Virus record (IMG/VR): IMGVR_UViG_3300032323_001070
Coordinates: 16,763-80,762 of that record
Direction: 5' to 3' (one strand)
From: a virus
Length of the DNA: 64,000 nucleotides
Numbering within the stretch: the stretch's first letter is position 1; each line of letters begins with the position of its first letter. This document shows, piece by piece, positions 19,073 to 28,902 of this stretch. The translations under genes and the position numbers were made by a program. A model generated the notes under the pieces. That model was not told where the DNA came from, ran no database searches, and was given only the letters and a program-made list of their open reading frames with translations.

Positions 19073-20463
19073 TATTCATCCGCCTTTGGTCTAAGTGCTT
19101 TAGATAGACTTTGTTTTTCAGCGACCTGTTTGTCGTTAATTTTGTTAACTTTATCATTGTTGATAAAGCTGGTTTTAAGAGTATCTCTGGCATCTTTGCC
19201 TTCGAATGTTTCGCCTGGCGCAACGTCTGAAGGACCTAAATTACTCATAGTCATTCTTACATTATCTTCAATCTTAATCCATCTAGTTCCACTAAATCTA
19301 AACAATCTCTTAGGCATGTAATCTGTTCTTAAACAATATTGACCCATAATTGGATTCAATGGGAAAGCAATACCAGCAGTAAAGGCAGTACCATTAGGCG
19401 GTTCGCCATCGCCAAGTAAGTATCCTTCATATCCGGTGGTCCTTGGAGTTTCCATAACCGAGGCAGCAGTTGGATTGATGTATATAGGATTGCCGTTGCC
19501 GTCTGTTAATAAATTGCCTTCCGGATCTGTGGCCTGCAATTGAGATGATGCATCAATAGTTGAATTGTCAACAGTAAGTAGTTCGCTGTTGCCATTTTCA
19601 TAATTTTTCTGTACAGTATAATATTGAGTAGTATCGTAACCACTCTTAGGAGAATCTGATTCAGCTTGATCAAGAACTGCCTGCGTGATCTGCATTTCTC
19701 TTTCGTAAGTTGACATAATATCACGTAGACTGTCGGCTAGTTTATAGTAGCTAGGGTTTGGAGGTGCTATTCCGGTAACTTCTCTAAGCACTTCATATTT
19801 CTTACCATCTGATCCGGTTACAATATCACCTGGATAATATGTAACGTCAGTACTCCAAGTTCCGACAAATCCTTCTGTGTTTGCTATGCCGTCTAGGATA
19901 TCTTTAAATTCTTGACTATCTACTAGGGGTTTACATTTTGCACGATATAAATGTGGATACCAAGTTACAGAAAATCCCTCTGCTGCTCTAGTCACTTCTT
20001 CGATAACATAAAAACGTTTGAGTGCAAATGTTAGATCGTTTAGAGCGAACTCATCTTTGAGATGAGGTAATTCTAAAACATCGCCTGCGATTATTTTTCT
20101 GCCTAATTTATCAACAGTATCATTGATATGAAACGTAATAAAAATCGTATCGTTTTGTAAAAACAATCCAAATTGACTTAGATTAAAATCTGTGTCTTGG
20201 ATGTTGTAAACACCGCGCATGATAAAAATGTCTGGATCGTATTTTCTATCTCTATTTTCTAAGAATAGCAGATCTTGGATATTAGTTACGCTGTCGGTAG
20301 CATAGGTGGGTGTAGTTGGCGTATTTTCTGCAGATGCGCCAGGTCCTAGGTATTTGTGAACTAGGACGTCAGTACCGCCCACCTGAAACATTTCCCAGAT
20401 AGTTTTATCGATAAATTTATAGTCGTTGCCCTTTTCTGGGCGATAAAGCGAAAGTCTTGGCAT
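19072..20463 (-). CDS. gp14: neck/head-completion protein, gp14-like
   Basis: DLLFLENRDRKY, LSQFGLFL, GDVLELPHL motifs. Start MPRLSLY downstream of a minus-strand TAAATA. Confidence 0.65.
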   Translation of the reverse strand: MPRLSLYRPEKGNDYKFIDKTIWEMFQVGGTDVLVHKYLGPGASAENTPTTPTYATDSVTNIQDLLFLENRDRKYDPDIFIMRGVYNIQDTDFNLSQFGLFLQNDTIFITFHINDTVDKLGRKIIAGDVLELPHLKDEFALNDLTFALKRFYVIEEVTRAAEGFSVTWYPHLYRAKCKPLVDSQEFKDILDGIANTEGFVGTWSTDVTYYPGDIVTGSDGKKYEVLREVTGIAPPNPSYYKLADSLRDIMSTYEREMQITQAVLDQAESDSPKSGYDTTQYYTVQKNYENGNSELLTVDNSTIDASSQLQATDPEGNLLTDGNGNPIYINPTAASVMETPRTTGYEGYLLGDGEPPNGTAFTAGIAFPLNPIMGQYCLRTDYMPKRLFRFSGTRWIKIEDNVRMTMSNLGPSDVAPGETFEGKDARDTLKTSFINNDKVNKINDKQVAEKQSLSKALRPKADE

Positions 20464-20470
20464 AGTCATA

Positions 20471-20491
20471 TATTTACCGCTACGATAAATA
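20471..20491. promoter_or_regulatory. back-to-back late promoters
   Basis: TATTTA at 20471-20476 (minus) and TAAATA at 20486-20491 (plus) between divergent genes. Confidence 0.75.
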
Positions 20492-20496
20492 CTTGT

Positions 20497-21255
20497 ATGA
20501 GCCAAATTGACCAATCAAAACAAGCTGTATACGACTACTGTAAAGCCATGCTAGGCGATGGCATGATCGATATAGAACTAGATCCTATACACTACGAAAC
20601 AGCACTAAATCGCTCTCTAGCGGTTTTCCGTCAACGCAGCGATAATGCTGTAGAAGAAAGCTATGCTTTTTTAACTTTGAATAAAGATCAAAACGAGTAT
20701 ATTCTGCCAAAAGAAATACAGCAGGTTCGTCAGATCTTTAGACGCAGCATCGGATCAAGATCCGGTGGTGGCGGTGGCGGTACAGTGTTTGAGCCGTTCA
20801 ATTTAGCCTATACAAATACCTATTTGCTAAGTTCAACAAATATGGGCGGACTGTTAACCTATGAATTGTTTAGCAGTTATCAAGAACTTGTGGGTAAGAT
20901 GTTTGGTTCGTTTATTAACTTCACCTGGCATCCACAGACTAGAAAATTAGTTATAATGCAAAGACCTCGAGGCGAAGAAGAAGTCATGCTTTGGGTTTAC
21001 AATACTAAACCTGATTTTTCTATCATAGAAGATACCTACGCCGGCCAATGGATCAAAGACTATTCATTAGCTAACTGTAAAATGATGTTAGGACAGGCCC
21101 GCGAAAAATTTGCTCAAATAGCAGGACCCACAGGCGGATCGAGCCTCAACGGAGCAGCACTGAAAACCGAAGCCCAACAAGAAATTGAAAAGCTCACTGA
21201 CGATTTGATGAAGTTAGTTCCGGGCGGCAGCGGTTATACTTGGATTATCGGTTGA
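20497..21255 (+). CDS. gp13: neck protein, gp13-like
   Basis: LGDGMIDIEL, WIKDY.LA..K..LG..R.KF..I.GP.GG..LNG motifs. Confidence 0.8.
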   Translation: MSQIDQSKQAVYDYCKAMLGDGMIDIELDPIHYETALNRSLAVFRQRSDNAVEESYAFLTLNKDQNEYILPKEIQQVRQIFRRSIGSRSGGGGGGTVFEPFNLAYTNTYLLSSTNMGGLLTYELFSSYQELVGKMFGSFINFTWHPQTRKLVIMQRPRGEEEVMLWVYNTKPDFSIIEDTYAGQWIKDYSLANCKMMLGQAREKFAQIAGPTGGSSLNGAALKTEAQQEIEKLTDDLMKLVPGGSGYTWIIG

Positions 21256-21281
21256 CACTATAAAAATGCGTATGCTATAAT
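21252..21281 (+). promoter_or_regulatory. sigma70-type early promoter
   Basis: TTGACA-N18-TATAAT with an extended -10 TG. Confidence 0.8.
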
Positions 21282-21301
21282 ATTCTTAATTGGAGGATAT
21301 T

Positions 21302-21988
21302 ATGATCATAGGTATTTGCGGGTTTATTGGCAGCGGTAAAGATACAGTCGCTGACTATCTAGTTAATTTTCACGAATTTAGAAGAGAGAGTTTTGCGTCA
21401 ACTCTTAAAGATGCAGTAGCGGCAGTGTTTGGCTGGGACCGGATGCTGTTAGAAGGACGCACCAAAGAAGCCAGAGAGTGGCGAGAGCAAGTAGATCCTT
21501 GGTGGGCACAACGTCTAGACATGCCCACACTTACTCCTAGATGGGTCCTACAATATTGGGGTACAGAAGTCTGCCGTAAATCCTTCCATGACGATATCTG
21601 GATCGCTAGCTTAGAAAACAAACTCCGCAACTCCAAAGACCATGTAGTAATCTCCGATTGTCGTTTCCCTAATGAAATAGCCAGCATTAAAAATGCAGGA
21701 GGCAAGATTATTTGGGTACAGCGAGGAGAACTACCCGACTGGTACGAAATAGCTGTAGAATCTAACAAAGGTCATAATTGGGCATTTCAAGAACTTAAAA
21801 TGCGTAAAATCCATGCATCAGAAACTGCCTGGGTCGGAACCGACTTTGATTCGATAGTTGATAACAATGGAACTATTGAAGATCTTTACAATCAGGCAAA
21901 ATTAATAATCAGCAACGAGGTCGCCCTGTCTCCAAGTAATGCCCAGTTTAGACAGCACTCGAGCACAATTGTAACAGATTGTTTTTAA
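21302..21988 (+). CDS. gp1: deoxynucleoside monophosphate kinase (T4 gp1-like)
   Basis: IIGICGFIGSGKDT P-loop, LQYWGTE, VISDCRFPNE, HASE. SD GGAGG precedes ATG 21302. Confidence 0.9.
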   Translation: MIIGICGFIGSGKDTVADYLVNFHEFRRESFASTLKDAVAAVFGWDRMLLEGRTKEAREWREQVDPWWAQRLDMPTLTPRWVLQYWGTEVCRKSFHDDIWIASLENKLRNSKDHVVISDCRFPNEIASIKNAGGKIIWVQRGELPDWYEIAVESNKGHNWAFQELKMRKIHASETAWVGTDFDSIVDNNGTIEDLYNQAKLIISNEVALSPSNAQFRQHSSTIVTDCF

Positions 21989-22237
21989 ATTGCTGTGACG
22001 GCAGTTATCTAAATTGCCGTCAATATGAAATACACTAAAAACTTCAGAGTGCGGTGATTTGAAACCGCACTTTTCGCACTGATTTTTTACTCGATATCCT
22101 GCACGTTTCCATCTTGGAATACCATGATGCAGTCCGTTAGTCATACAGATTTCACACAGGCTTCTATAATAAGTCTTTCCATTCTTTTTATAGTTAACGG
22201 CTCTAGGTCTTTCCCCGCATTTACATAGTGGTCTCAT
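21902..22237 (-). CDS. HNH-family Zn-finger protein
   Basis: CxC/CxxC pairs and HIDGNLDN..NL.TIC.NC. TAAATA lies 5 nt upstream of the ATG. Confidence 0.75.
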   Translation of the reverse strand: MRPLCKCGERPRAVNYKKNGKTYYRSLCEICMTNGLHHGIPRWKRAGYRVKNQCEKCGFKSPHSEVFSVFHIDGNLDNCRHSNLKTICYNCARVLSKLGITWRQGDLVADY

Positions 22238-22313
22238 AACAGTATTTAAAAGATCTGGACCTTTTTGTCCCCTTTTTCTGCTAGTATAACAGGCCGTTTT
22301 TCCGATTTACCGC

Positions 22314-22319
22314 TAAATA
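22314..22319 (+). promoter_or_regulatory. late promoter TAAATA
   Basis: Upstream of SD AGGAG and the sheath gene. Confidence 0.65.
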
Positions 22320-22354
22320 TTGTTACGAGAGATTTAACCTCAGGAGAATACAAC

Positions 22355-25300
22355 ATGGCACTAGTTTCCCCAGGCATTCAGGTTACCGTAATTGATGAGA
22401 GTTTTTATACACCAGCTGAACCTGGTACAACTCCGTTAATTGTTGTAGCTACAGCCGAGAACAAACTTAATGGAGCGGGAACCGCAACTGCGGCAGGTAC
22501 TCTAAAAGCAAACGCAGGTAAAGCGTTTAGAATGACAAGTCAGAAAGATCTTGTTGATACATTTGGTGTACCTTTCTTTGAAAAGACACCTAGCGCATCA
22601 CCAATTCACGGTGGCGAAAGAAACGAATATGGTACCTTAGCAGCATACAGCTACTTAGGTGTTTCTAACTCTGCATTTATTGTACGTGCAGACGTTGATC
22701 TAAATCAATTAGAAGGCAGAACCGCTGTACCAGGCGCAGAGCCAAGAGACGGAACTTGGTGGGTTGATACCCGTAACACAGCTTGGGGTATCCAAGAGTG
22801 GAACGGTGCAGCAGGTAGCACCACAGGCGGTCAAAAGTTCGCAGCTAAAACTCCTATCGTTTTAACTGATGACGATGCAGCTAAAATTGATCAAAATACA
22901 TATGCACCTTTAGAATCAGTTGGTTCTGTTGGTGATTATTGCGTAGTAGCACTAACTGTTGGTAACGCAGCAGATGCTGATTTTAGCTTGTTCAAAGAAA
23001 ACTTTAAGATCTACTACAAGAGAGATAAAAAATTATTAGGCGGTGACGCTTGGGTTCTAGTTGGCAGCAACGACTGGAAAGCTAGTCATCCAACAGTGTC
23101 AAGCGGAACTGTTTCTAACCTAACAGCTGGACACAGTTTCACAATTAACGGAACAACTGTAGCAGTACCAAGCGGCTCAACTGTAGCTGCTAGACTAACA
23201 GCATTAGTTTCAACAATTAATGGTTTGTCTATCACAGGTATTACTGCAAGAGAAAACGGCGGAAGATTGTTCATATTCACCGACGGTGCTAACGATGGCG
23301 GATTCCCAGGTAGTCCACAAGGTGCCCCTGGCGATTCATCTTTATCCAATGCTATCGTTATTGGTGCAGGAACAGGCACAGCAGTTGGAACTTCAACAGC
23401 AAACGCAGGTGATCTTGGCATTATCGTTGGAACCTACTATGGTCCAGAATTAGCACAGGCACCGCACACACAAGTTCCATTGTTTAAGACTTTCGATCCA
23501 ACTCCACGTCCTACAGGTTCTGTATGGATTAAGACAACTGAGCCAAACAACGGCGCTCGTTGGAGAGTTAAGCGTTGGAACTCAGCAACACAAACATGGA
23601 TTCCTTATTCATCACCATTATATGAAAGCGGACACGCAGCACTGTATTTCTTAGATCGCAGTGGCGGTGGTGTTAATATTCCAACAGACGAACTGTTTGC
23701 TCAATTCAATGCTGACGAAGAGTCTGGCTACGATACAAGCCCAGCTACAGCAGCATTTAGAGTGTGGAGACGTGCAAATACTGAAAGAACTATTATTAGA
23801 TCTTCAGAAATCACAGTCGGAACATTTTCGTCTGGTTCGAAAACATTTACAATTTCTGAATCTGTAAAAGGCGAACTAGCATTGAGTTCACCATTTAGCG
23901 TTACATTTACCGCAGCAGGTACAGCAGCAGATGCACAAACTATCGCAGCAGCGATCAACGCAGCAGGTTTCACACACGTTGAAGCTGATGTTGAAGTAAT
24001 TTCTGCAACACCAGCAGTTTATCAACTAGTTGTTTACCACAAGGTCGGCGGTGATTTTAGATTAAAAGACACATCCGGAACAACATTATCATCATTGTTC
24101 ACAGGATTTAACATTGATTCTGGAGCAGGCACATTAAATTGCTACACAGCTCCAGCAGCTAGCGGTGTTGATTTTATTGCTTCTAACTGGCAACCATTTG
24201 CATCAAGAGACTTCTTTGCACAAGCAGGCGCACCATTAGACGAACCATTTGATGGTCAACTATGGTACAACCCAAGCTTCAGCGAAGTTGATATCATGAT
24301 CCACAACGGTACAACCTGGGTTGGCTACAGACAAGCAACAAGCCCATACTGGGCAGGGGCAGATGCAGATCGTACAGATCCAAATGGTCCTATCGTAAGT
24401 GCTACACAACCAGAAACACAAAGCGATGGTACTGTTCTAAAGAATGGTGATCTATGGATCAGCACAGCTGACATTGAAAACTTCCCAACTATCTACAGAT
24501 ACAATGGTTTATCTCTAGAGTGGGATTTAATTGACAAGACAGACCAAACTACTGAAGACGGTGTTCTATTTGCTGATGCACGTTTTGGTTCTTCAGGAGC
24601 AACAGGCCACGTAGCAGCTACCATCAAAGATCTACTAGCTTCTAACTATCTAGATCCAGACACTCCAGATCCTGCACTATATCCAAAAGGTATGATGCTG
24701 TGGAATCTACGTAGAAGTGGCGGCAACGTTAAGAAATACAATAACAACTATATCAATACAGCAGAAGACAATCCACGTTTAGGTAATGTAAGTATGGCAG
24801 CATACTCAACTGATCGTTGGACCACAGCTTCTCCAAACAACGAAGACGGTTCTGGCGCATTTGGTCGCAAGGCACAGCGTAAAGTTGTTGTAATGGCAAT
24901 GAAGAGTGTTATTGATACCAGTGAAGAAATTCGTGATGAAGAGCGTAGAAACTTCAATATCATCGCTGCACCAGGATATCCTGAAGTGTTAAGCAACTTG
25001 ATCAACTTAAACATTGATCGTGGCGTAACAGCGTTTGTTGTTGGCGACACACCATTGAGATTGAAGAACAACGCTACAGAACTAATCAACTGGGGTACTA
25101 ACGCAAGACTAGTAACAGACAACGGCGACGACGGTATTGTTAGCTTTGACGAGTATTCAGCAGTTTACTATCCAAACGGATTTACAACTGACCTAGGCGG
25201 TGCTAACGCAGTTGTTCCAGCAAGTCACATGATGCTAAGAACAATCGCCCTAAGCGATCAAGTTAGCTATCCATGGTTTGCACCAGCAGGTACAAGACGT

Positions 25301-25798
25301 GGTGGTATTACTAATGCAACAGCAGTTGGCTTTATCGATGCAGCAACTGGTGAATTCCAGACAGTGGCATTGAACGAAGGTACACGTGATGTTCTTTATG
25401 ATCTAAAAGTTAATCCGATCCCATTCTTTGTTGGAGTTGGTCTAGTTGCATACGGTCAAAAGACTCGTGCAAGAAACGCAAGTGCGTTGGATAGAATTAA
25501 CGTAGCTCGTTTGATTGTTTACTTACGTAGCCAATTGAATAAGTTAGCTCGTCCATATGTGTTTGAACCAAACGACAAGATCACCAGAGACGAAATCAAA
25601 GGCGCTGTAGAGAGCTTATTACTAGAACTAGTAGGCCTAAGAGCACTTTATGACTTTGCTGTGGTTTGCGACGAATCTAACAACACACCAAGTAGAATTG
25701 ACCGCAACGAATTGTGGGTAGATATTGCTATCGAACCTGTTAAGGCCGTTGAGTTTATCTACATTCCACTACGTGTCAAGAACACAGGAGAAATCTAA
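22355..25798 (+). CDS. gp18: contractile tail sheath protein
   Basis: MALVSPGIQV..ID, PWFAPAG..RG, RINVARL, FEPND, VCDESNNT, EFIYI motifs. Start at the ATG after AGGAG. Confidence 0.93.
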   Translation: MALVSPGIQVTVIDESFYTPAEPGTTPLIVVATAENKLNGAGTATAAGTLKANAGKAFRMTSQKDLVDTFGVPFFEKTPSASPIHGGERNEYGTLAAYSYLGVSNSAFIVRADVDLNQLEGRTAVPGAEPRDGTWWVDTRNTAWGIQEWNGAAGSTTGGQKFAAKTPIVLTDDDAAKIDQNTYAPLESVGSVGDYCVVALTVGNAADADFSLFKENFKIYYKRDKKLLGGDAWVLVGSNDWKASHPTVSSGTVSNLTAGHSFTINGTTVAVPSGSTVAARLTALVSTINGLSITGITARENGGRLFIFTDGANDGGFPGSPQGAPGDSSLSNAIVIGAGTGTAVGTSTANAGDLGIIVGTYYGPELAQAPHTQVPLFKTFDPTPRPTGSVWIKTTEPNNGARWRVKRWNSATQTWIPYSSPLYESGHAALYFLDRSGGGVNIPTDELFAQFNADEESGYDTSPATAAFRVWRRANTERTIIRSSEITVGTFSSGSKTFTISESVKGELALSSPFSVTFTAAGTAADAQTIAAAINAAGFTHVEADVEVISATPAVYQLVVYHKVGGDFRLKDTSGTTLSSLFTGFNIDSGAGTLNCYTAPAASGVDFIASNWQPFASRDFFAQAGAPLDEPFDGQLWYNPSFSEVDIMIHNGTTWVGYRQATSPYWAGADADRTDPNGPIVSATQPETQSDGTVLKNGDLWISTADIENFPTIYRYNGLSLEWDLIDKTDQTTEDGVLFADARFGSSGATGHVAATIKDLLASNYLDPDTPDPALYPKGMMLWNLRRSGGNVKKYNNNYINTAEDNPRLGNVSMAAYSTDRWTTASPNNEDGSGAFGRKAQRKVVVMAMKSVIDTSEEIRDEERRNFNIIAAPGYPEVLSNLINLNIDRGVTAFVVGDTPLRLKNNATELINWGTNARLVTDNGDDGIVSFDEYSAVYYPNGFTTDLGGANAVVPASHMMLRTIALSDQVSYPWFAPAGTRRGGITNATAVGFIDAATGEFQTVALNEGTRDVLYDLKVNPIPFFVGVGLVAYGQKTRARNASALDRINVARLIVYLRSQLNKLARPYVFEPNDKITRDEIKGAVESLLLELVGLRALYDFAVVCDESNNTPSRIDRNELWVDIAIEPVKAVEFIYIPLRVKNTGEI

Positions 25799-25800
25799 AA

Positions 25801-26430
25801 ATGGCAATTACATCATTAAATAACTACTCCGTACAGACAGCAGGCCCTGGTAGTAACCAGAGCTTGTTGATGCCAAAGCTAAAGTATCGCTTTAGAGTGA
25901 TTCTTTTAGGTTTCGGTGTTGAGCCAAGTACAGAGTTAACAAAACAGGTCATGGATGTTACAAGACCTAAAGTTTCTTTCGAAGAAATGGACATCCCTGT
26001 GTACAACTCACGTGTTTACCTAGCTGGCAAATATAGCTGGGAAACAATGACATTGACACTACGTGATGACGCAAGCGGCCAAGTTACTAAGTTAGTTGGT
26101 CAACAGATCCAGAAACAATTCGACTTCATGGAACAGGCATCTGCACGTTCAGGCGTTGACTACAAGTTTACGACTAAGATCGAAGTGTTAGACGGCGGTA
26201 ACGGTGGCACAGGCGCTGCAAGTGTGTTAGAAACATTTGAGTGCTACGGTTGCTTCGTACAGAACGCAGACTACGGTGATTTGAACTACGGTACTAACGA
26301 ACCAGCAACAGTAGCATTAACAATTAGATTTGATAATGCTATCCAATCAGCAGGTACTGTTGGTATTGGAACCATTGTTGGAAGAACCATTGGTTCAGCT
26401 ATCACTGGTCAGGGCGCATTCAACGGCTAA
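25801..26430 (+). CDS. gp19: tail tube protein
   Basis: Follows the sheath gene; PKLKYRFRV, YLAGK.SWE, LTIRFD. Confidence 0.88.
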   Translation: MAITSLNNYSVQTAGPGSNQSLLMPKLKYRFRVILLGFGVEPSTELTKQVMDVTRPKVSFEEMDIPVYNSRVYLAGKYSWETMTLTLRDDASGQVTKLVGQQIQKQFDFMEQASARSGVDYKFTTKIEVLDGGNGGTGAASVLETFECYGCFVQNADYGDLNYGTNEPATVALTIRFDNAIQSAGTVGIGTIVGRTIGSAITGQGAFNG

Positions 26431-26449
26431 ACCATCCAGTAAATCAAAG

Positions 26450-26473
26450 AAACCCGCAGAAGCGGGTTTTTTT
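26450..26473 (+). terminator. rho-independent terminator
   Basis: AAACCCGC-AGAA-GCGGGTTT followed by a T-run. Confidence 0.85.
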
Positions 26474-26490
26474 GTGGCATAAATATTATT

Positions 26491-27591
26491 ATGAATAAAT
26501 TCGTGAGATATCTAACCCAAGGATTCGTCGGCGGCCTTCTAAATCCTAAAGGCAACATGGCTAACTGGCAACATGCCACGAGGCTATTTGTTGACGACAA
26601 TTATAGATTAGCTCCTAGAACAAAGTTTATGTTCTATGCTCAATTTGAGCTAGATAGAACTGCGGTTAAATCAAACGTCTTTACAGAAAAACATTCAAAT
26701 GAAATTGGTTTTTTGATCAAAGGAACTGATCTTCCTAAGTTTACTATTGACACAGTAACTAAAAATCAATACAACAGAAAAAAATTAGTTTATAAAAATA
26801 TAACCTACGATCCGATCTCAATGACATTCCACGATGACAATGCTGGAATCATTAACGCTTTGTGGGCGATATACTACGGATATTATTTCCAAGATCGTGC
26901 ATTACCGGATGCTGCTTTTTCAGATACAAAATACAGACCGCAATACGGACCATTAGATACATTTCGTTACGGTCTTGATAATGATAAGAGCGTTGATATT
27001 TTTAAAAGTATCAGTATCTATACACTAAGTAGAAAGCGTTTTAACGGATATACCCTGATTAATCCTAGAATACAAAACTGGGCACACGGATCCGTGGCCT
27101 ATGGCGATAACGATGTTTTAGAAAGCACGATGACTGTTCAATACGAATCTGTAAGATACTCATCAGGAAACGTTAGTGTAAACAATCCTAAAGGTTTTGC
27201 TACTCTACACTATGATGTATCGCCTAGTCCTCTCAGTGTTGCTGGTGGCGGCGTTGCTAGACTTACTGGCACAGGCGGTGTCTTAGATGGTATCAGTCAG
27301 GTGTTTGGTGCAGTAGGTAGCGGTTCAGCTTTTGGTTCTGTAGGCGGATTTTTAGGCACAGCTATTGCTGCTGCTAACACTTATAATAATGCAGGACGTC
27401 TTTCTAAAGAAGGTCTTAAAGCTGAAGCGATTAACATTTTATCTAGCCCGTCGAATATCAGAGGGGCAGTTAATACAGTCAGTGGGGTTATAGGTTCAGC
27501 GTTTCCTTCAAACACCCAAGGTAGTGGCGGAACTACCGCTACTCAGAAAAATCTAACCAATAACAATCCTAGCGCAGGAACAACAATATGA
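26491..27591 (+). CDS. tail-tube-fold baseplate protein (gp48/gp54-like)
   Basis: LPKF..NQYNRK..YDPI.MTFHDD gp19-like fold with a Gly-rich tail. Confidence 0.65.
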   Translation: MNKFVRYLTQGFVGGLLNPKGNMANWQHATRLFVDDNYRLAPRTKFMFYAQFELDRTAVKSNVFTEKHSNEIGFLIKGTDLPKFTIDTVTKNQYNRKKLVYKNITYDPISMTFHDDNAGIINALWAIYYGYYFQDRALPDAAFSDTKYRPQYGPLDTFRYGLDNDKSVDIFKSISIYTLSRKRFNGYTLINPRIQNWAHGSVAYGDNDVLESTMTVQYESVRYSSGNVSVNNPKGFATLHYDVSPSPLSVAGGGVARLTGTGGVLDGISQVFGAVGSGSAFGSVGGFLGTAIAAANTYNNAGRLSKEGLKAEAINILSSPSNIRGAVNTVSGVIGSAFPSNTQGSGGTTATQKNLTNNNPSAGTTI

Positions 27592-27959
27592 GTATTACTA
27601 ATTTACCGGTTCAAGGAACCGAAGACAGCGCAGACGGAACAAAACTATTCTTCAGTCAATACGGAAGACAACCTTTAGAATTTTCCGCCAACGAAGTTTC
27701 AGCCGCAGTAGGATTTTTTGAGTCAAACGGATTTGCAAAAGAAGCAGCCCAGGTCACAGCTTCTGTGATATTGACACAGGCCAAACTCGACGGAGTTCCG
27801 GTATTCAAACTGATCGATTCATTAAAAGTTCTTAACGGTCTACAGTTAAGTTCTTTGATAGGTGAAATATTAAACAACAATAGAAATCCTTCCTCTACTC
27901 TAGGATTTAAAACTAATAGTGTGTCAAAAAGCGATCAAGTAAGAAATATCGCTGCCTAA
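27588..27959 (+). CDS. hypothetical (baseplate-associated) protein
   Basis: 123 aa, coupled by an ATGA overlap. Confidence 0.6.
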   Translation: MSITNLPVQGTEDSADGTKLFFSQYGRQPLEFSANEVSAAVGFFESNGFAKEAAQVTASVILTQAKLDGVPVFKLIDSLKVLNGLQLSSLIGEILNNNRNPSSTLGFKTNSVSKSDQVRNIAA

Positions 27960-27963
27960 CATC

Positions 27964-28404
27964 ATGGTCAAGTTTGCCCAAGGACGTTTTGAAATGAAAA
28001 ACCCCAACAAGTATGTTGGGAAGAAAATGCCTTTAGCCCGCAGCAGTTGGGAATTTGTCTTTATGCGAATGCTAGACGAACATCAAGGTGTTGAAAAATG
28101 GGCTAGCGAAAGCATACAGATACCTTATAGAGATCCGTTAACTGGCAAGTACACAGTCTATGTTCCGGATTTTTTTATCGTCTACAATGATAAAACTGGT
28201 AAGAAACATGCAGAAGTTGTAGAAGTAAAACCACAAAGTCAAACTCTAAGAGAGCACGTAGGTAAAAGCGCCTATAATCAAGAACAATATATTAAAAATC
28301 TAGCAAAGTGGGAAGCTGCTACTGCATGGTGTAAGCAACAGGGCATCAAATTTAGAGTGGTAAACGAAGGCGATATTTTCCATCAAGGCGGCAAACGTCG
28401 ATAA
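27964..28404 (+). CDS. gp4: head completion nuclease (T4 gp4, TnsA-like)
   Basis: NP.KY.G..RSSWE..W.SE..IPY..Y.PDF..EVKP..KW.AA motifs. Confidence 0.88.
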   Translation: MVKFAQGRFEMKNPNKYVGKKMPLARSSWEFVFMRMLDEHQGVEKWASESIQIPYRDPLTGKYTVYVPDFFIVYNDKTGKKHAEVVEVKPQSQTLREHVGKSAYNQEQYIKNLAKWEAATAWCKQQGIKFRVVNEGDIFHQGGKRR

Positions 28405-28411
28405 GTACAAT

Positions 28412-28894
28412 ATGACCAAAAAATTAGAAGAACTTTTTAATCTTGAGGAATCTAATCCAAAGCCAGTGGAAACTGTCGAAGAGGAAAAGCCATCTCACCA
28501 AGAAGTAAAATCACTAGATGACAGCTATAAAGCAGTCGCTGAAATTACCAGAGGTCTTCCGCAGATCAAAGAGCTAGATGATCTAGACGAAAAAGAGCTA
28601 GATTCTCTAGCCAGTAAAGCAGAAGCTGCCTATGACGATCTAATGGATCTAGGCATGAACGTAGAAGTACGTTATTCGGGACGTATTTTTGAAGTGGCTG
28701 CAAGCATGATGGGCAATGCTATCAATGCTAAAAACGCTAAAATCGAGAAGAAACTTAAAGCTATCGATCTACAATTGAAAAAATATAAAATCGATAAAGA
28801 TAACAATGAAGATCCAAATGATGTGATTAACGGCCAGGGTTACATTATCACTGACCGTAACGAGCTCCTTAAGAAATTGGGTCAAAAGAGCTAA
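28412..28894 (+). CDS. putative terminase small subunit (gp16-like)
   Basis: Helical. The RIFEVA segment resembles gp16 RAYEV. Lies upstream of the large terminase. Confidence 0.5.
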   Translation: MTKKLEELFNLEESNPKPVETVEEEKPSHQEVKSLDDSYKAVAEITRGLPQIKELDDLDEKELDSLASKAEAAYDDLMDLGMNVEVRYSGRIFEVAASMMGNAINAKNAKIEKKLKAIDLQLKKYKIDKDNNEDPNDVINGQGYIITDRNELLKKLGQKS

Positions 28895-28902
28895 ATACTA
28901 CT

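Noticed and set aside
20472-22315. 11-nt ATTTACCGCTA shared upstream of two late promoters
   Set aside because: Only two copies, partly explained by overlap with TAAATA cores; could be chance.
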